In this document: piece by piece, positions 38,654 to 47,682 of the stretch
Layout: each line of letters begins with the position of its first letter
Numbering within the stretch: the stretch's first letter is position 1
Source: an uncultured virus (IMG/VR IMGVR_UViG_3300050821_004776)
Lineage: Duplodnaviria > Heunggongvirae > Uroviricota > Caudoviricetes
DNA length: 64,000 bases
Reading direction: 5' to 3' (one strand)
IMG/VR virus record: IMGVR_UViG_3300050821_004776
Program-made: the position numbers and the translations under genes
Notes under the pieces: generated by a model
Databases searched by the model: none
The model's input: the letters and a program-made list of their open reading frames with translations, nothing else
What the model was told of the DNA's origin: nothing

Positions 38654-39826
38654 ATGAGTGACGGCATGACGCCTTCCAGCCCCCCGCAGCCGGTGCATTC
38701 GGCGGCGGAGTACACGGGCAAGCCGTTCGGCCGCCCCGGCACGGTGCTGTTCACGAAGGCGTGGCGGATCAAGCACAACGTCTTCGGGGCGAGTGCCCGT
38801 GCCACGGGTTCCGGCGCGACCCTGCTGGGCGAGGACTCGATCTACGTCAGCCTCCTGCTGGGCGGCCTGCCCGTGTACGCCGGCTACAACTACGGCACGT
38901 TCAGTAACTGGACTGCCCTGAGCGCCCGGTTCGGCGCTGTCGCGAAGCTCGTGTCGATCACGCCCGTCGTGCAGGGCACCGCCGCGTCCATGTGCCTGGA
39001 CATCGAGCCCGGCAACGCCTCGCCCGCCCAGGCTCCCGAGTTCCAGCGGCAGGGCAATCACGCCGGCGCGCTCAAGCCCTGGTACTACTGCTCAGCCGGG
39101 GACGCCCAGGCGGTCATCAGCGCCCTGGCAGGGGCCGGCTTCGCCCGGGACACGTACTTCCTGTGGACCGCGCACTGGATCGGCAGGCACATCTGCGCTC
39201 CCGCCGTCTGCGGTTACCCCGCCGCCGACGCCACCCAGTACCAGGACAACGGGAATTTTGACTCCGATATCTTCTCCGTGGCGATGTTCACTGTCGATCA
39301 GTTCCCGGTGCTGTCGCTGACCGTGCCGCCCATGACCGATCCCATCGGGGGCGTGGACGCCGTGCACACCGCGCAGGCGCGGCTCAATGTGTGGGCGGCC
39401 TCCCCGCTGCACACCAACGCCACGGTCACCGTGGACGGCTCGTTCGGGCCGCTCACCCAGGCGGCGGTCAAGTCCTTCCAGGCCGCGAAGAAGATCACCA
39501 CGGACGGCACGGTCGGTCCGGTCACCTGGGGCGACCTTAACGCCACGCCGCCCGTCACCCCGCCGCCGCCCCCGCCGCCCCCGCTCCCGTTCGCGCCGCT
39601 GTCCTGCACGCCGGGCATCCAGCGCTATATCGACGTCGGCCGTGGCATCGCCGGCTATAAGGGCACCTACACCACGGTTATCAGCGACCGCACGGGCAAG
39701 ACGGTCTTCAGCAGCAAGGGCTCGATCGCCTCGTTCCGCGCTTCCGTTCCGGCCGCCGGCCCTTACCTCGTCCGCTCCGAGGCCGAGGGGTACGGCACCT
39801 CAGTGAAGACCGTAGACGTCAAGTGA
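38654..39826 (+). CDS. Endolysin (GH25/DUF1906-like catalytic domain + peptidoglycan-binding domain)
   Basis: LDIEPG, WTAHW and ATQY motifs; [17 protein letters not shown]...[11 protein letters not shown]-binding motif. Confidence 0.85.
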   Translation: MSDGMTPSSPPQPVHSAAEYTGKPFGRPGTVLFTKAWRIKHNVFGASARATGSGATLLGEDSIYVSLLLGGLPVYAGYNYGTFSNWTALSARFGAVAKLVSITPVVQGTAASMCLDIEPGNASPAQAPEFQRQGNHAGALKPWYYCSAGDAQAVISALAGAGFARDTYFLWTAHWIGRHICAPAVCGYPAADATQYQDNGNFDSDIFSVAMFTVDQFPVLSLTVPPMTDPIGGVDAVHTAQARLNVWAASPLHTNATVTVDGSFGPLTQAAVKSFQAAKKITTDGTVGPVTWGDLNATPPVTPPPPPPPPLPFAPLSCTPGIQRYIDVGRGIAGYKGTYTTVISDRTGKTVFSSKGSIASFRASVPAAGPYLVRSEAEGYGTSVKTVDVK

Positions 39827-40515
39827 CCTATGCCAACGGCCCGGTGCCGGACAGCGCCACGCAGGCGGCGGTGCCGGCTGTGACTGTACGGCCAGTTCAC
39901 TGGTACCACATCTGGGCCGGGGATGACCATCACGGATCGCTGTGGCGGGAAGCCGCCGAAGAGCATTTCGCTGCCCTGGAAGCCGCCGAGTTCGGCGGGG
40001 ACGTGCACGTCGGCATCACCGGCGGTCATGAGCAGGCCGCGCGGGCATGGGACTGGGCGGAGAAGCGCTGGCCTGCGGTAGCGAACATCATGGCGTTCGG
40101 GGAGGGCTTCGAGATGCCCACCATTGACGCCCTGTGGAAGGACTCCGGCAACCGGGTGGCGGATACGCCCGTGCTCTACGCCCACGCCAAGGGCGCGTTC
40201 AACCACGACCCGGGCAACATCCGCTACCGCAGGGCCATGACCGCGCACCTGGTGTCAGGCTGGCGCGACCGCGTGGAAGAGCTTCGTGACTACGACGTGC
40301 TCGGGCTGCACTGGCTGACGCATGATGAGTTCCCGGACCGGATCAGCAAGGGCAGGCCGATGCCCGGCGGCAACTTCTGGTGGGCGAGAGCCGGCTACCT
40401 GTGCACGCTCCTGCCCGTGGAGTGGTACAGCCGCTACTGCGCCGAGGGCTGGGTCGGGCGCGGCGACCCGAAGGCGAAGGGCCTCCTGCCGGGCTGGCCG
40501 GACTACTGGTGGTAG
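39823..40515 (+). CDS. Hypothetical protein, possibly glycosyltransferase-related
   Basis: VLYAHAKG and GGNFWWAR motifs; function uncertain. Confidence 0.45.
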   Translation: MTYANGPVPDSATQAAVPAVTVRPVHWYHIWAGDDHHGSLWREAAEEHFAALEAAEFGGDVHVGITGGHEQAARAWDWAEKRWPAVANIMAFGEGFEMPTIDALWKDSGNRVADTPVLYAHAKGAFNHDPGNIRYRRAMTAHLVSGWRDRVEELRDYDVLGLHWLTHDEFPDRISKGRPMPGGNFWWARAGYLCTLLPVEWYSRYCAEGWVGRGDPKAKGLLPGWPDYWW

Positions 40516-40549
40516 CCTGAAGGCGCGCGAAGTATCCCCCTAGCTAGGA

Positions 40550-40783
40550 GTGCACGTGGGAATTGTCCAGACCGTCGAGACTGACATCGAGAACGTTATC
40601 CACCACGCCAGGGTCGCCGTCGAGCGGGCTACCGCCACGGTCGCCGCTGACGTGCGTTCCGCCGTGCAGTCCGCCGAGGCGGCCATCACGGCTGACGAGC
40701 CGGCGGTCCTCGCCGCGCTCCAGTCCGGGGCCAAGGCTGTCGAGCAGGCCATCGAGGCCGCGCTTGCCGCGCATGGGCTCTAG
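40550..40783 (+). CDS. Ala-rich helical hypothetical protein
   Basis: AGGAG RBS; amphipathic sequence. Confidence 0.55.
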   Translation: MHVGIVQTVETDIENVIHHARVAVERATATVAADVRSAVQSAEAAITADEPAVLAALQSGAKAVEQAIEAALAAHGL

Positions 40784-41217
40784 CAGTCCCGCAGCCGGCC
40801 CGGAGGACGCTGAAGCGTCTCCCGGGCCTTCTGCGCCCCCGGCAGGAAGTCCCCCGTTCGATTTCGGGGACGGCCCGGGGTACAGCCGCTGGCGCATCGA
40901 AGAGTTCGAGCGGCGTTACTTCGATTCACTCATCTTTCCCGCAGGGCCGCTCTGCATCGTCACGGGCTGCTGAGGATCAGTTCACGTCCGCCATCTGTGA
41001 ATAGATTTCACAGTAAGGTCCCGGGCCGTCTGCGCACGCGAATGCCTGGGCCATGCTCCCGCTGGCCGTCGTCATCCGGCTGAGCATCAGGTCGTAGTGC
41101 CGGCGGCAGGCGAACGCCGCGTGCTTCCCGTCCTGCGTCAGCAGGATCAGGCCGGCGCTCTCCCCGCAGGTGCTGTCTGGCATGCTGTCTCCTTCGGTGT
41201 ATGTGTAGTGTGTAAGC

Positions 41218-41649
41218 ATGACGCCGAGGCCCAAGCGGAACGCGCAAGGCGCTCGCTGGCGACGGCTCGTCGCGTTCGTCGTTAACCGTGATTTCGGCCG
41301 CTGCTGGATCTGCGGGCACTGGGCTGCGCATTCAGCGGACCACCTTATCCCCGTGACGGAAGACCCGTCGCTGGAATGGGACGTGAAGAACCTCAAGGCC
41401 GCGCACGGCTACCCGAAGGGCTGCCCGGACTGCACGATCGCGGCGGTGAAGCGCGGCGGCAAGCCGGTCTACTGCAATGAGATTCGCCAGTACGGGTCCG
41501 TCGAGCGCGCCCGGCGCAAGATCGAGGAGCGCACGGGCCTGCGGCTGCCCATCGGCGATACCGCGACCGTGCCCGAGGGCCGTGATTGCTGGTTACTCAC
41601 GGGTATTGCTCCTGACGGCTACGTCATGTTAATGTTTCCTGGTCGTTAA
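41218..41649 (+). CDS. HNH endonuclease-like protein
   Basis: CWICGH...ADHLIP...NLKAAH...CN motifs. Confidence 0.75.
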   Translation: MTPRPKRNAQGARWRRLVAFVVNRDFGRCWICGHWAAHSADHLIPVTEDPSLEWDVKNLKAAHGYPKGCPDCTIAAVKRGGKPVYCNEIRQYGSVERARRKIEERTGLRLPIGDTATVPEGRDCWLLTGIAPDGYVMLMFPGR

Positions 41650-41694
41650 TTCTCAACAAGGAAGGAGTGCTGTCGTGGCCTCAGGAGCCTGCAC

Positions 41695-42354
41695 GTGATC
41701 GGGGCGGCGCTACTCGCCGCTATCACCGTCACCTCGGGTGATACGCTCTCCGGCCTTGCCGCTTCGCACGGCGTCCCGCTGGCTGCCGTGGAGCGGCTCA
41801 ACCCGGGCATCACGGACCCGGACCTTATTTTCCCCGGTGAGAAGATCCAGCTCGCCGACGACGTGCTCGTAGAGCCGGGGAATACCCTGTCGGGAATCGC
41901 CGCCGCGCACGGTTTCGCGCTCGCCGCGATCGAGTCCGCCAACCCGGCCATCACCAACCCGAACTACATCTACCCGGGCGAGCGCGTCAGCCTGCCTGCG
42001 GGAGCCGCCGCTCCGTCCGTTGCCGACACCCGAACGGGTACCGGGCAGGGCACGGCTCCCTCTGAGGTCACGACCGCCGCCGCTCCGCTGCACGACACGG
42101 CTGACGTGTCCACGGCCGGCGACGGCGCGTTCCAGGCATGCGTGATCAGCCGCGAGTCCGGCGGCAATCCCCAGGTGATGAATTCCACCGGGCACTACGG
42201 GCTTTACCAGTTCAGCGCCTCCACCTGGGCCGCCTACGGCGGTAACCCGGCGGACTTCGGCAACGCCACCGTGGCGCAGCAGAATGCGGTCTTCGATGCT
42301 GCCATGGCAGCGGGCGGCCAGTTCAACTGGAGTCCCTACGATGGATGTTTATAG
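41695..42354 (+). CDS. 2x LysM + Rpf/SceD-like transglycosylase
   Basis: Two GxTLSGxA LysM repeats; RESGGN, GLYQF and STW...YGG motifs. Confidence 0.88.
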   Translation: MIGAALLAAITVTSGDTLSGLAASHGVPLAAVERLNPGITDPDLIFPGEKIQLADDVLVEPGNTLSGIAAAHGFALAAIESANPAITNPNYIYPGERVSLPAGAAAPSVADTRTGTGQGTAPSEVTTAAAPLHDTADVSTAGDGAFQACVISRESGGNPQVMNSTGHYGLYQFSASTWAAYGGNPADFGNATVAQQNAVFDAAMAAGGQFNWSPYDGCL

Positions 42355-42386
42355 TAATCACGCGATTACGTAGGGTGTATAAAACC

Positions 42387-42422
42387 GGGCAGGGCCTCGC
42401 CAAGGTGAGGCCCTGCCCTTTT
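42387..42422 (+). terminator. Intrinsic terminator-like hairpin
   Basis: GGGCAGGGCCTC...GAGGCCCTGCCC (12-bp stem) followed by TTTT. Confidence 0.7.
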
Positions 42423-42459
42423 CCCGCAGGCCACGGTCTTGCCGGCTCCTGCGGGAGTT

Positions 42460-42486
42460 CCTGTGGTGAGAGACAGGATGTGTGAC
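42460..42486 (+). CRISPR. Orphan partial CRISPR repeat
   Basis: CCTGTGGTGAGAGACAGGATGTGTGAC matches the 3' 27 nt of the trailer repeat at 26/27. Confidence 0.85.
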
Positions 42487-43329
42487 CTAAGACCCGTATT
42501 CCTCCTGGGCACGGGCGTTCTGCACGCCGTTCAGCAGGTAGGAGGTCACGGCCAGGCCGCCGCCCCCGCTGTTGATCTCGAAGCCGTAGTCCAGGCCCGT
42601 CAGCCACCAGGCGTGCGCCAGCGCGTGGAAGTGCATCGCCTGGCCGAAGAACGGGTTGAGGCTGCCGTGGAAATCTGCCATCGGCCGCTGGGCGGCGAAG
42701 TAGATCCGGTGCCAGCAGTCGCCGTGCTGGCAGACGTAGCCGCCGTTGACGTTCCACCAGATGCCGTCCTCGTACACGACACCGTAGGAGGTTCCCGGCC
42801 CCCTGCTGGCCCACCGGCCGTTGCGCATCGCTGCGGTCCAGACCATGACTTCGGTCCCGCCCTGGCCCTGGTGCGTGCCGGCCGCGTCGTAGCCCGGCTC
42901 GAACCACACGTCGAAGCCCGCGTTCCAGCTCCCGCCGCGCGTGAGCGCTGTCCGCAGGTTCACGACGGGATTGCCGTCATGGGCTGCGGGCACGGGATAC
43001 CAGGTCTTCCGGCCGCCCTCGTACGGCACCATGCCGTGCTCGGCTCCCTGCCCGATGTTGGGGTAGACCCAGCCCCCCTGCGACGCCTGGACCACCTGGA
43101 ACGCCGGCAGGTAGACGTTACCGCTCTCCGTCAGCCTCAGGGTGCTCCAGATGTTCCCGGACGTCTCGGTGTAGATGCCGAAGTACTCGTGCTCGCCGTT
43201 ATGGGAGTACGTGGACCGCGCCGCTGTCACGGGATGGGTTACAGCAGCCTGCGCGAAGCTCATCCCGGTCAGCAGTACGGCCAGGGTGGTGACCGCGCCG
43301 GTGATAGCGGCGCTCAGTGTCCTGATCAT
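42487..43329 (-). CDS. Secreted glycoside hydrolase family 12 (endoglucanase-like)
   Basis: Signal peptide; YPNI, NAGFDVWF, TEVMVW and GFEI motifs, with both catalytic Glu present. Confidence 0.82.
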   Translation of the reverse strand: MIRTLSAAITGAVTTLAVLLTGMSFAQAAVTHPVTAARSTYSHNGEHEYFGIYTETSGNIWSTLRLTESGNVYLPAFQVVQASQGGWVYPNIGQGAEHGMVPYEGGRKTWYPVPAAHDGNPVVNLRTALTRGGSWNAGFDVWFEPGYDAAGTHQGQGGTEVMVWTAAMRNGRWASRGPGTSYGVVYEDGIWWNVNGGYVCQHGDCWHRIYFAAQRPMADFHGSLNPFFGQAMHFHALAHAWWLTGLDYGFEINSGGGGLAVTSYLLNGVQNARAQEEYGS

Positions 43330-43565
43330 GCAAATCTCCTTTCAGTGGTCTTCGGGCGTGATGGGCTTGCAGTGCTCGCTGAAGAAGACCGCGTGCACGT
43401 CCGCGAAGGTGGCGACGATCTGTGTCGCCCCGCCCGGCCCTATGCGCACGATGTCCGCCCCGCCGCTTTCCTGGAGGTAATGCCACCGGATGCCGCTCAC
43501 CTCGAACGCGAGAAGCGAGCCGGTCACCACGGTGATGTCCCTGTTGCCGTCGCTGGTCATGCCGG

Positions 43566-43853
43566 TCATGCTGCTGCCTTCTGCCGCTTGCGGAGCTTGG
43601 CCGGGATGTGCAGGCTGGCTTCAGCCAGGTGGGCGTTATGCCACTTCACCCAGGTAGCGAGCTGAGCGCGCCGCCAGCACTTCAGCGGGGTCTTGCCCGG
43701 CCTGTACTGGATCAGCGTGGGGACCGGCATCCCCCAGGATTCCCCGGACGTGGCTTCCCGCTTGTACCAGTTCGAGATGGCCTGTGACGTGACCCCCAGT
43801 TCCAGGGCCACTACTTCCTGGCCGACTAGATCGACCTTGTGGACGTTCGGCAT
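43566..43853 (-). CDS. HTH/excisionase-like DNA-binding protein
   Basis: VALELGVTSQAISNW HTH followed by MPVP...W. Confidence 0.6.
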   Translation of the reverse strand: MPNVHKVDLVGQEVVALELGVTSQAISNWYKREATSGESWGMPVPTLIQYRPGKTPLKCWRRAQLATWVKWHNAHLAEASLHIPAKLRKRQKAAA

Positions 43854-44162
43854 GTGTTACCTCCTATCACAGTGTGATGCCATGGCGAGGTCATGGTGAT
43901 GTTACCTTATTTCACAGTCGCGGGTTGACGCCGAGGACAAGCTCCCACAGGACGTTGAGGGCTTCTCGCTGTTCGTCCGCGTCTCCCGTGCGCTTGCCGG
44001 GGTCCAGTTCGCGCTCAACGACGCGGATAGCCGCGTGCGGAGTCATCCGTTACCAGCCTGTCAGCCAGTGCCCGAGGTGGTACAGGGCGTCGATCGTGAT
44101 GGCGGCCAGCAGGACGGCGGCGGCGAGAACGTACAGGAGCCCCAGGACGCTGAGGCAGCCGG

Positions 44163-46267
44163 TCAGGGTGCGCATGTGCCGCGCTTGACCAGCGGGCGTT
44201 CCGGCCGTCCGTGCGCGTATGCCATCGCGCTCCCGAAACCGGTCCAGGGCAGGTCCGTGCGGCCAGTCCGCTCCCAGAAATGACCATCGGCGTCTTCCAC
44301 GACGTCCCCTTCGGCCCACTCAGGCTCGCGGTGCGCGACCGCGTCCTCGTAGATCTCCTGGGCGTTCAGGACCCGGTAGCCCTTGCGGATCAGTGCTGCC
44401 CTCAGCTCGTCCAGGGTGATCGCCGCCGGGTGATCAGGGGCAGGGGCGGTCTGCTGATAGGTGAAGTGCTCCGGCTCGCGTCCGGCGTTCCGCAGCGCGG
44501 CTACCCAGCTTCCTTCTCTCAGGGTCCGGGTGTGCGCCGCGCTGCGGGTGCCGTCCGTGCGCTCCACGGTGACGCGGAAAAGGCCGGTCCCCGCTTCGGC
44601 GTTGCCGGCGTCCATGGCGCGGCTCGTTGCGAGCTGCGCGGCGGTGCGGCGGAAGAGGGCCTCCGTCAGGGTGGTGCAGTCATGGAAAGCGAACGTAAGC
44701 TGGCTCTGCCCTGACGCGAGGCCGCCTGTCCGGAGCGCGTGGTGCCGGAGGGCGTTCCGCAGGTCGTGCTTGGTGATGGTGTCGTTGTCGTCAGTGAAGA
44801 AGTGCATCAGGATTTGCCTCCTAGGGCGTTGCTGAGAGCGGTGAAATCGGAGAGGGTGCTCTGGAGTCCGGCCACCGCGACCTGGTAGTTCCCCGCCGTG
44901 AATTCCAGGGCGGAGGTGCTCAGGTCTGTCATCGCCGACCGGTACAGCGCGCCGTCCACCGGGGGAGGGTAGGCGGAGGCTGTCGCGGCGTCGGTACTGA
45001 CCTGAGTCGCCTGGGCGTCGCACTGGGTGTAGGCGACCGCTGTTTTCAGGCAGTCATCCCATGCTCCCAGGGCCGTGACCGTGGCGCTGTAGTCCGCGCC
45101 GGCGTTGCCCGCCAGCCAGGAGTTCAGCGTTACGGTCACGGGCTGTTGCGCGGGGGCGGGCCGGAACACGACCTGGGTCAGTACCAGGGTGATGCCGAAG
45201 CCGAGGATGGCCAGGGCGATGAGGAGCGCCAGGGCGCGGTGACTGAGCTTCATGGGTTAAACGCTAGCCGACCGCGATGGTGACTGTCAGGGCGGTGGGG
45301 TTGCCGAGCGCCGCGTACGCGGCCTTCTTCACGTATAGCGCGCCGACCGCGACGTCCTGATCCGGAGGGGTGTCCTCGTTGAAGCGGACGGTGTTCTTGG
45401 TGGCGCGCTCCTTGGTGAACTTGACAACGAGTTCTCTGGTTTCCTTCTTGACAGCCATCAGGTTGCCTCCTTTTTGATGTTGGTGCGCGATGCGCGGGTG
45501 AAAACGGGTGATACACGGACGCCGATCCGCCAGTGAAACAGCAGCTCGGCGTTGAGGACTCGCTCCATCTTGCGAGCGACGGCTTCCGGGTCCATTCCCT
45601 CGGGAATGCGCTCGGGGTGATCCGTGATAGCGATCACGAACTTGTTTTCCACGACGTTGGTCCGGGGCTTCACCGGCCGGCCGCCCATTTGTAGAGCGCG
45701 TACAGGGCATGCCCGGTGACGGCCCCGCCGTAAGTCTCGGCGAATGTCAGCCAGAAATCCGCTGCCCCGTGCTCGTGGCTTGCGGCGTACAGGATGCAGG
45801 CCATGACCAGCGCAAGGAGGATGGTGGCGGGTTGCAGCGCCAGGGTCAGGAAGCGCTTGAAGGCTTTCACGGTCCCACCCCCCACTTCGGGGAGGCGGCG
45901 AGCACGATCAGCTCAGGAGCCTTGAAACAGTACTCCTGGGTCAGGAGCTTGCGCACCTTGCTGATCGCACGGGGTGCCGTGGTGGCGCTGACGGTTTCCA
46001 GGTGGTTGTAGTCCTCGTGTGCCCAGCGCCACACGACTTCGTACTCGACGGCTTTCACGCGTTCTCCCTGAAGTACTGGACGGTGATGCGGAAGGTACCC
46101 ACGCCGGGCATGACTACCTGGAAGTCCGACGTCGGCGGTGTATCGCTGAGGGCGGTCATCGACCATTCCTGGCTGGCCGGCCCGAGCTGCACGCGGCCGG
46201 TAAAGATCGCGCTGCGGAGCCTGCGGGCGAAGTCCCCCGCGTCCACCGTGGGGTACGGCGGCATCAC
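44163..46267 (-). other. Run of small hypothetical genes (including 44807-45253, 45264-45458, 46055-46267)
   Basis: Contiguous - strand ORFs. Confidence 0.55.
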
Positions 46268-47091
46268 GCGGTTTCCTTAGCGGCAGCACGGCGGCGGGGA
46301 GCGCGGGCCTTCGGCTTCTCTTCCGGCCTGGTGGCCTTCAGCGACGCCTGGATCGCGTCCATCATGTTCACGATCGCCGCGCCGCCCGGTTCGGCGGGCT
46401 TGGGGGCCGCGATGACGTGGCCCTTCTCGATCTTCGCCTGGATCACGGCGGCGACCGCCTCAGTCGAGACATCCTTCTGGGCGGCGTAGTCAAAGTCGCC
46501 GGTCATCTGCTCGATGAGCCTGGCAGCCAGTGCCTGCTCGTCCTCGCTCGCCGTCATCGGCGGGGCCGCGAAGTCGGGCGTGAGCACGTCGGCATGCCAT
46601 TCGAGCGACTCCAGGATCAGGTAGCCGTCCTGCGGGGCAAGCACGGCCAGGGCTACCCGCTGCCGCATGGCGAAGGTCAGGATCGCGACCTTGCCCGACG
46701 CCTGGAGCGCGCCCGCCAGCAGGGCGTAGGTCTTCTCGCCCCCCTTGTCGGGCTGCACGTGGTAGGACGTCTTGATCGCCGTCCGGGGCACGCTCGCCGC
46801 GTTCGTGAACATGAGGATCGACGCCACGCGGTTCTTCGGGCCGTAGGCTGCCTTGAAGTCCTCGTCGTCCAGGATGACCAGGGAGCCGTCCGGGGCGTCG
46901 TAGCCTTTGGCGATGTCATTCCACTGGACTTCCTGCCCGTCCGCCTCAGCCACCCGCGTGAAGCGGATGCGCGAGCCGTCGCTCTTGCGGACCATGTGCA
47001 GTCCGAGCTGGTTGTCCTTGGTGGAACTGCCGAGCTTGACCGGCATGTTCAGGAGCGAGAGCGTGATGGCTCCCGTCCAGATCGATCGCAT
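46264..47091 (-). CDS. ku: Ku (NHEJ end-binding) homologue
   Basis: MRSIWTGAI...PVKL...GSRIRF...IAKGY typical of prokaryotic Ku. Confidence 0.93.
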   Translation of the reverse strand: MRSIWTGAITLSLLNMPVKLGSSTKDNQLGLHMVRKSDGSRIRFTRVAEADGQEVQWNDIAKGYDAPDGSLVILDDEDFKAAYGPKNRVASILMFTNAASVPRTAIKTSYHVQPDKGGEKTYALLAGALQASGKVAILTFAMRQRVALAVLAPQDGYLILESLEWHADVLTPDFAAPPMTASEDEQALAARLIEQMTGDFDYAAQKDVSTEAVAAVIQAKIEKGHVIAAPKPAEPGGAAIVNMMDAIQASLKATRPEEKPKARAPRRRAAAKETA

Positions 47092-47373
47092 ATTCAGTCT
47101 CCTTACTCGTCGTCGTTCGTGACGATGGTGTAGGTGTCGGTGATCTTGCCGTTGCGGACGGACACGGAAGCGCCTATCCCGCCGCCGGCCAGGCCGTCGA
47201 GCACCACGCGGGCGTACTCGGGGGCAGCGCTGCCGTCGAGGTCCGCGCGCAGCGCGTTCAGGTCATCGAAGATCTCTTCGCACTTTTCGCCTGAGTCCAG
47301 ATAGGTGAGCTTGATCTTGCTCAATGCGTTCTCCTTTGATTGTCGTTACTGTCTCTCATGGCGTGGTAACGCG

Positions 47374-47682
47374 CTAGTGTTTCGGCGCATTCCCGGATGC
47401 CACGCAAATCGGGCAGATTCTTGCCGCGCCGCCACGGCGCTTGAGTCTCCGCTCGAAATTGCGATCGACATTTTCCCATGTGCGGGATAGCTCCCAGCCG
47501 ATGCCCGCGTCCTTGAGGACTTCCATTAGCCGCGCGCCATGGCCGTTGCCATGGTCGCGGAGCCGGGCTTTCAGGTTGGTGCTCCACCCGGTGTAGTGCC
47601 GGGCGTGCTTGTAGGGCTCGCTGAAATGAATCAGGTAGACCGTGCCTAGGGTTCCGTCTCCTCCTGGGAGTCCGGCATCCAT
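47374..47682 (-). CDS. GIY-YIG nuclease family protein
   Basis: VYLIHF...HYTGWSTNLKARL..H..G motif. Confidence 0.75.
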   Translation of the reverse strand: MDAGLPGGDGTLGTVYLIHFSEPYKHARHYTGWSTNLKARLRDHGNGHGARLMEVLKDAGIGWELSRTWENVDRNFERRLKRRGGAARICPICVASGNAPKH

